Shown here: piece after piece, positions 8,221 through 16,105 of the stretch
How the letters are laid out: every line of letters begins with the position of its first letter
Position numbering within the stretch: the stretch's first letter is position 1
Assembly: GCA_910577815.1 (NCBI GenBank)
Contig: CAJTNO010000003.1
Span: 1,586-65,585 of the forward strand
Source: an uncultured Christensenella sp.
GTDB taxonomy: Bacteria; Bacillota; Clostridia; Christensenellales; CAG-917
Direction: 5' to 3'
DNA: 64,000 bases
Program-made: the position numbers and the translations under genes
Notes under the pieces: generated by a model
Told to the model about the DNA's origin: nothing
Seen by the model: only the letters and a program-made list of their open reading frames with translations
The model's database searches: none

Positions 8221-8489
8221 ACTACTGCGCTAGACGGGGAGCTTGCGGTGCCCTGTGAACTGCAATCCGCAATAGCAGTGTCGAACGCCGTCCCAGGCTT
8301 TGGTTATGGTTGGCCGCACATAGCAAGGGGTGTTGATATTAAGGTCCTATGCAACGTTATGCTGTGAACCGTGTCAGGGCTTGACCGCAGCAGCACTAAG
8401 CAGACTTTAGCGTGTGCCATAGGGAAACTTTAAAGGAGCAACCTGCTATGTTACCGCTTCGGTAGTCAAAGTCAAAGGCGGTGCGCAGT
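8221..8489 (+). ncRNA. ffs: Signal recognition particle RNA, large Bacillus type with Alu domain (about 269 nt; ends approximate)
   Basis: Segment-by-segment similarity to B. subtilis scRNA as I remember it. Alu domain: GACGGGGAGCUUGCGGUGCCCUGUGAACUGCAAUCCGC. S domain: GAACCGUGUCAGG...AGCAGCACUAAGCAG...GCGUGUGCCAUAGGG. The 5' CUGCGC pairs with the 3' GCGCAG. An intrinsic terminator follows. Confidence 0.85.
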
Positions 8490-8490
8490 A

Positions 8491-8528
8491 AAAACAACGT
8501 TATTACGAAAGTGGTAGCGTTGTTTTTA
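8491..8528 (+). terminator. Intrinsic terminator of ffs (copy 1)
   Basis: AACAACGUUAUUAC-GAAA-GUGGUAGCGUUGUU extended hairpin followed by UUUUU. Confidence 0.8.
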
Positions 8529-8673
8529 TATGGTGCGCTGGGGAAAACTTGAGGAACGAAAGTTTACCGTAATAAAAGGTAAGCAGACTTTAGCGTGTGC
8601 CATAGGGAAACTTTAAAGGAGCAACCTACTATGTTGCCGCTTCGGTAATCAAAGTCAAAGACGGTGCGCAGTA

Positions 8674-8711
8674 AAAACAACGTTATTACGAAAGTGATAG
8701 CGTTGTTTTAA
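8674..8711 (+). terminator. Terminator hairpin, repeat copy 2
   Basis: Same hairpin as at 8491-8528, shifted by 183 bp, with one loop-proximal G-to-A change. Followed by TTTT. Confidence 0.65.
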
Positions 8712-8856
8712 TATGGTGCTCTGAGGAAAACTTGAGGAACGAAAGTTTACCGTAATAAAAGGTAAGCAGACTTTAGCGTGTGCCATAGGGAAACTTTAAA
8801 GGAGCAACCTACTATGTTACCGCTTCGACAGTCGTAGTCAAAGGCGGTGCGCAGTA

Positions 8857-8896
8857 AAAACAACGTTATTACGAAAGTGATAGCGTTGTTTTTTGT
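8857..8896. terminator. Terminator hairpin, repeat copy 3; also serves the convergent ABC permease gene
   Basis: Same hairpin shifted by 366 bp. T6 tract on the + side and A5 on the other side. It abuts the permease stop codon at 8896-8898. Confidence 0.7.
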
Positions 8897-9720
8897 TATT
8901 TTATATCGCGCTTTAAAAATGAGATAAGACCTATAGCGGTAGCAATAGCTCCGTACACTATAGGCATAATTATTACTGCGCAGAGCTGAGCGGCATTGTA
9001 ATTGACAGTAAGTCCCGCAACAGAGTTCTGCTGTAAAGGCATAAAGTAAATCCAGGAGCTGTCGCTGCCTAATGAGCCTAAGCCTGTTATCAGACCTGCA
9101 ATAAGCGAGATGACTATAGCTCCGCCTATAGTGGCGCCGAGCGACGAGCCGCTCGACCTGCACAGAAATGCAAGCATAACGACTATTGACATCGTGCTTA
9201 GGTTGCATAGCGTTTGCAAAACAAAACAACGGATAAGAAGTCCGAAATGGTGCGCGGTAAACGTCTCTCCGTAGCCCTTAATAGCGGTAAATATGCCGCA
9301 TACTATTATCGCAATAACCGAATAGGCTATAGTAAGCATAGCCAGGCTTATCCACTTTGAAAAGTACAAGTGAACTCTGTTGGCTCCGCGTGACACACAA
9401 AGTCGGATTGCTCCGTTTGAAAAATCCTTTCCGATAAACAGACAGGCTATTATAGCTACAAACAGCGTAAGTCCGCAAACCTCCGAGAAGTTTGTCAGAT
9501 TGGACAGCCCGAGCTTTATAAATTCCTGTTGAGTAATAAACTGGTCCAAATCGCTTGGAAATTCTGCTTTTGTAAGAAAGCTCAGTCCCAACCAATATGC
9601 GCCGTAAGCAAAGAGGATAAGAACAAACATCAAAATAAGTCCTATCCAAATGCTTTTATGCTTCTTAAGCTTAAATAAATCGGATTTGAGAGTGCATAGC
9701 ATTCCGTCAGTGTTCCTCAT
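8896..9720 (-). CDS. ABC-2 type transporter permease
   Basis: Polytopic hydrophobic ORF with about 6 predicted TM segments. ATG at 9720 is preceded by GGGAGGA (the track start at 9726 is TTG). It overlaps the upstream ATPase gene. Confidence 0.75.
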   Translation of the reverse strand: MRNTDGMLCTLKSDLFKLKKHKSIWIGLILMFVLILFAYGAYWLGLSFLTKAEFPSDLDQFITQQEFIKLGLSNLTNFSEVCGLTLFVAIIACLFIGKDFSNGAIRLCVSRGANRVHLYFSKWISLAMLTIAYSVIAIIVCGIFTAIKGYGETFTAHHFGLLIRCFVLQTLCNLSTMSIVVMLAFLCRSSGSSLGATIGGAIVISLIAGLITGLGSLGSDSSWIYFMPLQQNSVAGLTVNYNAAQLCAVIIMPIVYGAIATAIGLISFLKRDIK

Positions 9721-10630
9721 TGCCAAGTCCTCCCATAAGCGTTATAAACGTAGATTCCAAATCGCCTTCGCATTGATATATGCTTACAATAGGTACGTTA
9801 GCTTTGTTAAACATATCCACAACCTCGGGAATTTGCTTTGACAGGTCATAAAGCGCAAGCGTATTATAGGGCATAATTTCAAAATCGTGAGCGTGATAGT
9901 TTTCTACAACAACATTTAGCGCAACCTTTAAATCACCTACAACAACCTTTATATAAGGGCGGCAAAGCTCGTCAAGGTCTGAGCTTCTAAGCTCCTTTAC
10001 CAATTTTCCTTTTTCGATTATTCCGTAAGAGGTGGCAAGCTTGCCAAGCTCGGTCAGCAGGTGAGAGGAGATTAAAATAGTAACGCCCATATTATGGTTG
10101 AGCTGTTGCAAAAGCTCGCGCACTTCAAAAATACCTGTCGGGTCAAGTCCGTTTACGGGCTCGTCTAAAATTAAAATATTGGGTTCTCCTATCAAGGCTA
10201 TAGCAATGGCAAGCCTCTGCTTCATACCGAGCGAGAAATTTTTGACCTTTAGGGTATCATCCGCATTTAATCCCACACTGTGTAGCAGCTCGCGCAATTT
10301 GCTCTCGTCGTATCTTCCAAACGCAAGGGCGAAAGCCTTTAGATTGTCTAAGGCGCTTAGGTGCATAATAAGCGCGGGGCTGTCAATCAGCGAGCCGATT
10401 TTTTTACGTTCAAACTCCAGCGCGTTTTTGCCGAGCGCACCGTTTATTTTAATCTCGCCGCTGTCCGGTTCAACTAATCCGAGTATGCTTCTGATAAGCG
10501 TCGTTTTGCCTGCGCCGTTTCTGCCTACAAGTCCGTATATTTCACCCTCGCGCACGGTTATATCAACGCCGTCAAGTATCTTACGGTTGCCGTAGGATTT
10601 AGTTATTTTGGATGCCTCAATAATGTTCAT
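9707..10630 (-). CDS. ABC transporter ATP-binding protein
   Basis: Walker A GRNGAGKTT, signature LSLGMKQRL, Walker B ILILDEP. ATG at 10630 (MNIIEASK) is preceded by AGGAA; the track start at 10645 is TTG. Confidence 0.9.
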   Translation of the reverse strand: MNIIEASKITKSYGNRKILDGVDITVREGEIYGLVGRNGAGKTTLIRSILGLVEPDSGEIKINGALGKNALEFERKKIGSLIDSPALIMHLSALDNLKAFALAFGRYDESKLRELLHSVGLNADDTLKVKNFSLGMKQRLAIAIALIGEPNILILDEPVNGLDPTGIFEVRELLQQLNHNMGVTILISSHLLTELGKLATSYGIIEKGKLVKELRSSDLDELCRPYIKVVVGDLKVALNVVVENYHAHDFEIMPYNTLALYDLSKQIPEVVDMFNKANVPIVSIYQCEGDLESTFITLMGGLGNEEH

Positions 10631-10893
10631 AAGCGTTCCTAACAATCAGTTTATTATATTATAACACTGTACTCCAAAATTTTAAAGTATTATTTTTAAC
10701 AATAGAAATTTGCCAATATACGTTTCGTATACCGAATATTTTTGGATAGAAAGTTAGTGTTTGCTATGATAAAAGTATTTTATTTGCAAGATTTTACTAC
10801 AAAATATACGATACGTGTTATAAATCGAGTTTTATAAAAATACTTATCGTGTACAGCATCAAAACGTAAAGTATATTGAAAACGAAACCAAAT

Positions 10894-10918
10894 AAAAAAC
10901 AACACGTCAAGTGTTGTT
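10894..10918 (-). terminator. Intrinsic terminator after tRNA-Gly
   Basis: On the minus strand: AACAACAC-TTGAC-GTGTTGTT followed by T6. Confidence 0.75.
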
Positions 10919-10927
10919 ACAAGATAT

Positions 10928-11001
10928 TGGAGCGGGCGATGAGAATCGAACTCACGACTAAAGCTTGGGAAGCTTTCGTTTTGCCATTAAACTACGCCCG
11001 C
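10928..11001 (-). tRNA. tRNA-Gly (anticodon CCC), CCA encoded
   Basis: The reverse complement GCGGGCGTAGTTTAATGGCAAAACGAAAGCTTCCCAAGCTTTAGTCGTGAGTTCGATTCTCATCGCCCGCTCCA folds by hand into a cloverleaf. It has a 7-bp acceptor stem, anticodon loop TTCCCAA and a GTTCGATTC T-loop. Confidence 0.9.
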
Positions 11002-11018
11002 AACTGTGTATCTACTGT

Positions 11019-11046
11019 ATTTTAGCATAATCGGAATAATTGTCAA
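11019..11046 (-). promoter_or_regulatory. Promoter of tRNA-Gly
   Basis: Minus strand TTGACA (11046-11041), 16-nt spacer, TAAAAT (11024-11019), 17 nt upstream of the mature tRNA 5' end. Confidence 0.6.
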
Positions 11047-11167
11047 TAAAAACAAATTGTTTATAGGTCGGAAAATAGCACAAGTAACGTTCGAGTGCGC
11101 AGGAAGTTATGAGGTGTATTGAAGTTATACTGATTATTGTAAAAATACTTTTTGATAACGAAAATTC

Positions 11168-11196
11168 TTGCGTTTTTATATTTTTAAGTTTATAAT
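11168..11196 (+). promoter_or_regulatory. Promoter of ileS
   Basis: TTGCGT (11168-11173), 17-nt spacer, TATAAT (11191-11196). Confidence 0.5.
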
Positions 11197-11237
11197 GTTA
11201 AAAATATTATATTTATACTCAAATTGAGAGGTCACAT

Positions 11238-14200
11238 ATGTATAATCCGGTTGAAAGCAATCTCAACTTTGTGGAGCGTGAAAAACAGGTTCTTGAATTC
11301 TGGAAGGAAAACAAGATATTTGAAAAGAGCGTTCAAAAAAACGAAGGTAAGCCTGAATTCAGTTTTTACGACGGTCCTCCGACTGCAAACGGAAAGCCGC
11401 ATATAGGTCATATTCTTACGCGCGTTATGAAGGATATTATTCCGCGCTACAAGACTATGAAGGGCTATCACGTTTTGAGAAAGGCGGGTTGGGATACTCA
11501 CGGTCTGCCTGTCGAGCTTGAGGTTGAAAAGCTGCTGGGAATTGACGGCAAGCAGGAAATAGAGAAATACGGAATAGAGCCGTTTATAAAAAAGTGCAAG
11601 GAGTCCGTTTTTAAGTATACGGACGAGTGGCAGAGGATGTCCGACAGAATCGGCTACTGGGCGGATATGGAGCATCCTTATATCACCTATGACGATAACT
11701 ATATCGAGTCCGTTTGGTGGGCAATAAGACAGATGGCGGATAAGGGACTTTTGTATAAGGGCTATAAAATCGTGCCGTATTGTCCGCGTTGCGGGACTGC
11801 GCTCAGCTCCCACGAGGTTGCTCAGGGCTATAAGGACGTAGAAGAAACCTCGGTATTTGTCAAATTTCCCGTCAAGGGAATGGAGAAAACCTATTTTCTT
11901 GCCTGGACGACCACACCCTGGACGCTTTCGTCAAACACAGCTCTGTGTATGAACGGAGATGAGGATTACACCAGGATAGAGGTTGAAGGGGAATTTTATA
12001 TTCTTGCCGACGCGCTTATCGATAAGGTTTTCGAAGGGAAGGAATACAGAAAAATCGACACGAAAAAAGGCAAGGATTACGAGTATACCGAATACGAGCC
12101 GCTGTTCGATTATAAATACGATTTTAAAGAGAAAGCGTATTTTATTGTAAACGACGGCTACGTAACGCTCACGGACGGCACGGGTATAGTTCATATTGCG
12201 CCTGCATTTGGCGAGGACGACGGCAGAGTAGGTAAAAAATACGGACTTCCTTTTATACAGATGGTAGACGACCGCGGCAACTTTAAGGACGCGGTTACGG
12301 ATATGTCGGGCGTGTTCTGCAAAGAGGGAGACAAGCTTGTTATAGAAAGGCTGAAGCGAGAGGGCAAGCTGTTTAAAACAATGCGGTTTACCCACAGCTA
12401 CCCATATTGCTGGAGATGCGATACTCCTCTCTTGTATTATGCGAGAAGCACCTGGTTTATTAAGGTTACTGCGCTCAAGGAGCAGCTGCTTGCGTCCAAC
12501 AACTCCGTAAACTGGATGCCGGATACCATCAAAACCGGACGTATGGGTAATTTCCTTGAAAACGTAATAGATTGGGGAATTTCCCGCGAGAGATACTGGG
12601 GTACTCCTTTGCCGATTTGGGTATGCGGTAAGTGCGGAAAAATACACGTAATCGGCTCTAAGGCGGAGCTTCGCGAAAAGGGAGGACTTGAGCACGACGT
12701 CGAGCTGCACCGTCCGTATATCGACGATGTGAAGTGGGAGTGTGAATGCGGCGGAACTATGGAGCGTACTCCCGAGGTGCTTGACTGCTGGTTTGACAGC
12801 GGCTCTATGCCCTTTGCTCAGTGGCATTATCCTTTTGAAAACAAAGAGATATTCGAAAAGGTATTTCCTGCGGATTTTATATCCGAGGCCGTTGACCAGA
12901 CAAGAGGTTGGTTTTATACTTTGCTTGCGGTAAGCACTATGCTTTTCGGACGCGCTCCGTTTAAAAACTGTATAGTGCTCGGACACGTCAACGATAAGGA
13001 CGGCATCAAGATGTCCAAGCATAAGGGCAACGTGGTGGACCCCTGGACTGTTCTCGATAAACAGGGGGCGGACGCAACAAGATGGTATTTTTATACAGCG
13101 TCGGCGCCTTGGCTGCCTTCGAGATTTTCGGCTGACAACGTAAGCGAATCGCAACGAAAGTTTATGGGTACTCTGTGGAATACCTATGCCTTCTTTGTGC
13201 TTTATGCCGACATAGATAAGTTTAATCCTACGGAGCATAAGCTCGAGGACCAGGAGCTGACCGTTATGGATAAGTGGATTTTGTCCGGACTCAATACGCT
13301 TATCAAAACCGTGGACGAAGGACTTAACGAGTACAAAATTACCGAAACCTCCCGTGCGATTGCGTCGTTTGTGGATAATTTGTCTAATTGGTATGTCCGC
13401 CGTTCCCGCGACCGCTTCTGGGGTAAGGATATGACAAAAAACAAGGAGGCGGCATATACAACTCTTTATACCGTGCTTGCCACCTTGAGTAAGGTCATCG
13501 CTCCGTTTGTGCCGTTTATGGCGGAAAATATTTATCAGAATATAGTCCGCAACTTTGATAAAAGCGCTCCCGAGAGCGTGCATCTGTGCGAGTTCCCGAC
13601 CGCGGACGAGAAGATGATTAACCGTCCGCTCGAGAACGGAATGAACCACGTGCTTAAGCTCGTCGTGCTCGGCAGAGCGGCGCGTAACAAATCCAATCTG
13701 AAAAACAGACAGCCCTTAGGCAGACTGCTTTACAACGGCAGATATGAGTTGGCTGAGGATTTGAAGGAGCTTGTAAAAGACGAGCTTAACGTCAAGGAAA
13801 TCGAGCAGTCGGGAGAGGACGAGGAGTTTATAAGCTACGAAATAAAGCCGCAGCTTAAGACGTTAGGACCTAAGTACGGAGCCTTGCTCGGCAAAATACG
13901 CGCGTTGTTACAGGAGCGTCCGCAGGATATAATTCAGGCGATAAAAAGACGTAAGGCTTTGGACGATATTAAAGCGGAGTACAGAGAACAGCGCGGAACG
14001 GATAACGACGTCAAGAGCGAATTTACCTGCGAGATTGACGGAACGAAAATAGTTCTCAGCGAGGAGGATTTGTTGATATCCGTAAAGAATAAGGACGGCT
14101 TCTCATCCGAATCAGACGGCGAAACGACGGTGGTTCTGGACACTGCGCTTACCGATGCGCTTATACGCGAGGGCGTGGAGCGCGAGATAGTCAGCAAGGT

Positions 14201-14414
14201 TCAGAATATGCGTAAGGAAGCGGGCTTCGAGGTGACCGACCACATACTTATAGGCTATGCTGCGGACGGGCTTGCGAAGATGGTGCTTGACGACGCGAAG
14301 TTCCTGTCCGACGTGCTGTGCGACGGAATTGTCGAAAGTACGGACGGCTTTACCAAGGAGTGCGACATCAACGGACATAAGGTTACCATTACCGTAAAAA
14401 AGGTCGGAGACTGA
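11238..14414 (+). CDS. ileS: Isoleucine--tRNA ligase (long, Thermus-like form)
   Basis: 1058 aa. Contains FYDGPPTANGKPHIGH (HIGH motif), KMSKHKGN (KMSKS motif) and the CP1 editing region. GAGAGG RBS upstream. Confidence 0.95.
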   Translation: MYNPVESNLNFVEREKQVLEFWKENKIFEKSVQKNEGKPEFSFYDGPPTANGKPHIGHILTRVMKDIIPRYKTMKGYHVLRKAGWDTHGLPVELEVEKLLGIDGKQEIEKYGIEPFIKKCKESVFKYTDEWQRMSDRIGYWADMEHPYITYDDNYIESVWWAIRQMADKGLLYKGYKIVPYCPRCGTALSSHEVAQGYKDVEETSVFVKFPVKGMEKTYFLAWTTTPWTLSSNTALCMNGDEDYTRIEVEGEFYILADALIDKVFEGKEYRKIDTKKGKDYEYTEYEPLFDYKYDFKEKAYFIVNDGYVTLTDGTGIVHIAPAFGEDDGRVGKKYGLPFIQMVDDRGNFKDAVTDMSGVFCKEGDKLVIERLKREGKLFKTMRFTHSYPYCWRCDTPLLYYARSTWFIKVTALKEQLLASNNSVNWMPDTIKTGRMGNFLENVIDWGISRERYWGTPLPIWVCGKCGKIHVIGSKAELREKGGLEHDVELHRPYIDDVKWECECGGTMERTPEVLDCWFDSGSMPFAQWHYPFENKEIFEKVFPADFISEAVDQTRGWFYTLLAVSTMLFGRAPFKNCIVLGHVNDKDGIKMSKHKGNVVDPWTVLDKQGADATRWYFYTASAPWLPSRFSADNVSESQRKFMGTLWNTYAFFVLYADIDKFNPTEHKLEDQELTVMDKWILSGLNTLIKTVDEGLNEYKITETSRAIASFVDNLSNWYVRRSRDRFWGKDMTKNKEAAYTTLYTVLATLSKVIAPFVPFMAENIYQNIVRNFDKSAPESVHLCEFPTADEKMINRPLENGMNHVLKLVVLGRAARNKSNLKNRQPLGRLLYNGRYELAEDLKELVKDELNVKEIEQSGEDEEFISYEIKPQLKTLGPKYGALLGKIRALLQERPQDIIQAIKRRKALDDIKAEYREQRGTDNDVKSEFTCEIDGTKIVLSEEDLLISVKNKDGFSSESDGETTVVLDTALTDALIREGVEREIVSKVQNMRKEAGFEVTDHILIGYAADGLAKMVLDDAKFLSDVLCDGIVESTDGFTKECDINGHKVTITVKKVGD

Positions 14415-14415
14415 T

Positions 14416-15279
14416 ATGAGAGTAGCGCCCGATTGGACCGAATACGGCATCATTGCCACAGGCGACGGCGAAAAGCTTGAAAGGTGGGGAAAGCTTACTC
14501 TTTTACGACCGGACCCGCAGATTATATGGCACGCGCAAAAGCCGCTAAGGTCATATAAGGGGATAGACGCCGTATACGAGCGCAGCGTTACCGGCGGAGG
14601 AATGTGGAGATTTAACAGAGAAATAGATACCGATTTCAAGCTTTGCTGGCGGGATTTGACGTTTTCGCTCAAGCTTATGGGCTTTAAGCATACCGGACTG
14701 TTCCCCGAGCAGGCGACCAACTGGGACAGAATGATTAAGCTTATTAAAGGCTCTCATCGTAAGATAAGCGTACTCAATTTGTTTGGATATACAGGCGCGG
14801 CGTCCGTAGCCTGTAAGAGCGCGGGGGCGGATGTGTGTCACGTGGACGGGGCAAAGGCTATGGTCGAGCGCGCGGGCGAGAACCTGCGCCTTAGCGGACT
14901 TGACAGCGCAGGTATGCGATTTATCGTTGACGACTGCTTTAAATTCTGCGGCAGGGAGCTAAAGAGAGGAAGGCGATACGACGCTATCATTTTAGACCCT
15001 CCGAGCTTCGGCAGAGGTCCTAACGGCGAAAAGTGGAAAATCGAGGACGGAATATCCGAGCTTATGGAGCTTGTAGCAAAGCTGTTAAGCGACAATCCGC
15101 TGTTCGTATGCTTAAACAGCTATACGACGGGGTTGCAACCGGGAGTTATGGCGAATATACTGAAGCTGACGTTGCCCGAGAGCGCGGTTATAGACGCCGA
15201 CGAAATAGGCTTAAATACCGACGAGGGACTTATTCTGCCTCAGGGCTGTACCGCATTTGCGGAGTTCCCCCGGGTATGA
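14416..15279 (+). CDS. Class I SAM-dependent methyltransferase (RlmI/YwbD-like, probable rRNA methyltransferase)
   Basis: 287 aa. Contains LNLFGYTGAASVA (SAM motif I) and ILDPPSFGRG (motif IV). Starts 1 nt after the ileS stop. Confidence 0.75.
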   Translation: MRVAPDWTEYGIIATGDGEKLERWGKLTLLRPDPQIIWHAQKPLRSYKGIDAVYERSVTGGGMWRFNREIDTDFKLCWRDLTFSLKLMGFKHTGLFPEQATNWDRMIKLIKGSHRKISVLNLFGYTGAASVACKSAGADVCHVDGAKAMVERAGENLRLSGLDSAGMRFIVDDCFKFCGRELKRGRRYDAIILDPPSFGRGPNGEKWKIEDGISELMELVAKLLSDNPLFVCLNSYTTGLQPGVMANILKLTLPESAVIDADEIGLNTDEGLILPQGCTAFAEFPRV

Positions 15280-15354
15280 ATGAAGCAATAAGGCTTTGAG
15301 TGCAAAATTGTAAGCGAATACTTTAGATAAATAAAAACAGGCTTAGAGATTATT

Positions 15355-16074
15355 ATGATTACTTATAAGGATTTACAGATTTTATTTGAGGACAACCATC
15401 TTCTTGTAGTTGTCAAACCGACGGACGTGCCCGTTCAGGCGGACGATAGCGGCGACGCGGATATGCTGACTATGCTTAAGCAATATCTTGTTGAAAAGTA
15501 CAACAAGCCCGGCGACGCATACCTTGGCTTGGTACACCGTCTCGACAGACCTACGGGCGGAGTTATGATGTTTGCAAAAACCTCTAAATGCGCCGAAAGA
15601 CTTTGCGAGGCAATAAAGAACGGCGACGTAGATAAAAAATATCTTGCCGTGCTTGACGGAGTGCCGAGATACAAGGCGGATAAGCTATGCTGTCACTTGA
15701 AAAAGTTTTCGGATACCAACACCGTGCGGATTGTACCCGCGCTGACGGAGGGCGCGAAATATGCGGAGCTCGATTATAAGATGCTTTCCGAAAAAGACGG
15801 AAGAAGCCTTGTATCCGTAAAGCTGATTACGGGAAGGGGACATCAAATCCGCGTTCAGATGGCGGGAATGGGAACTCCGATTGCAGGTGATAAACGCTAC
15901 GGCAACGGCGCAAAGCAGAGGCTTCCGCTTTGTCTGTGGGCTACGGAATTGCGCCTGTCGCATCCGATAAGCGGAAAGACGATGGTGTTCAGAGTTTATC
16001 CTCCCGAGATAGCTCCCTGGACCTCGTTTAATATAGACGCGTTTTTGAAATTATCCGTTCCTAACGACGATTGA
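15355..16074 (+). CDS. RluA-family pseudouridine synthase
   Basis: 239 aa. Catalytic motif HRLDRPTGGVMMFAK and GRGHQIRVQ. Confidence 0.85.
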   Translation: MITYKDLQILFEDNHLLVVVKPTDVPVQADDSGDADMLTMLKQYLVEKYNKPGDAYLGLVHRLDRPTGGVMMFAKTSKCAERLCEAIKNGDVDKKYLAVLDGVPRYKADKLCCHLKKFSDTNTVRIVPALTEGAKYAELDYKMLSEKDGRSLVSVKLITGRGHQIRVQMAGMGTPIAGDKRYGNGAKQRLPLCLWATELRLSHPISGKTMVFRVYPPEIAPWTSFNIDAFLKLSVPNDD

Positions 16075-16105
16075 GCGGATAGATATTTGAAACAGGAGTA
16101 TTTTT

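Larger units (their letters stand above)
8397..8896 (+). repeat. Tandem direct repeat with a 183-bp period, about 2.7 copies (8397-8579, 8580-8762, 8763-~8896). Each unit is the 3' half of the SRP RNA, its terminator and a roughly 50-nt spacer.
   Basis: Direct alignment by eye: copies 1 and 2 differ at 8 of 183 positions. Copy 3 shares the unit up to the terminator and has a 4-substitution cluster (CGACAGUCGUAG versus CGGUAGUCAAAG). Confidence 0.9.

Noticed and set aside
8436-8467. Mini-ORF with a good SD inside each SRP repeat unit (AAAGGAG, 8 nt, ATG TTA CCG CTT CGG TAG = MLPLR; repeated at about 8619 and 8802).
   Set aside because: In copy 1 it lies inside the SRP RNA helix-5 3' strand, so the SD-like AAAGGAG is part of a conserved RNA element. 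The ORF has five codons and nothing downstream for it to regulate. It is most likely coincidence.
8397-8896. Possibility that the regular repeats are a CRISPR array.
   Set aside because: The 183-bp period is far too long. The whole unit is repeated, with no unique spacers, and there are no cas genes. The unit is clearly homologous to ffs.
8747-9229. 160-aa minus-strand ORF spanning the last SRP repeat and the permease 3' end.
   Set aside because: It overlaps the well-supported ABC permease frame and the repeat/terminator DNA. It has a Cys/Arg/Tyr-rich, nonsense-like composition and no RBS.
11002-11237. Expected T-box leader upstream of ileS.
   Set aside because: I read the 236-bp region on the + strand. 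I found no specifier-loop, AGAGA or GNUGGNA elements and no T-box sequence (AAUUGGGUGGUACCGCG-like). Only a promoter and an AT-rich leader are present.
11931-13649. 572-aa ORF antisense to ileS, the longest unexplained ORF in the track.
   Set aside because: It is fully contained in, and antisense to, a gene with unmistakable IleRS motifs. Its Arg/Lys/His-rich low-information composition is typical of the antisense frame of a coding region. It has no RBS.
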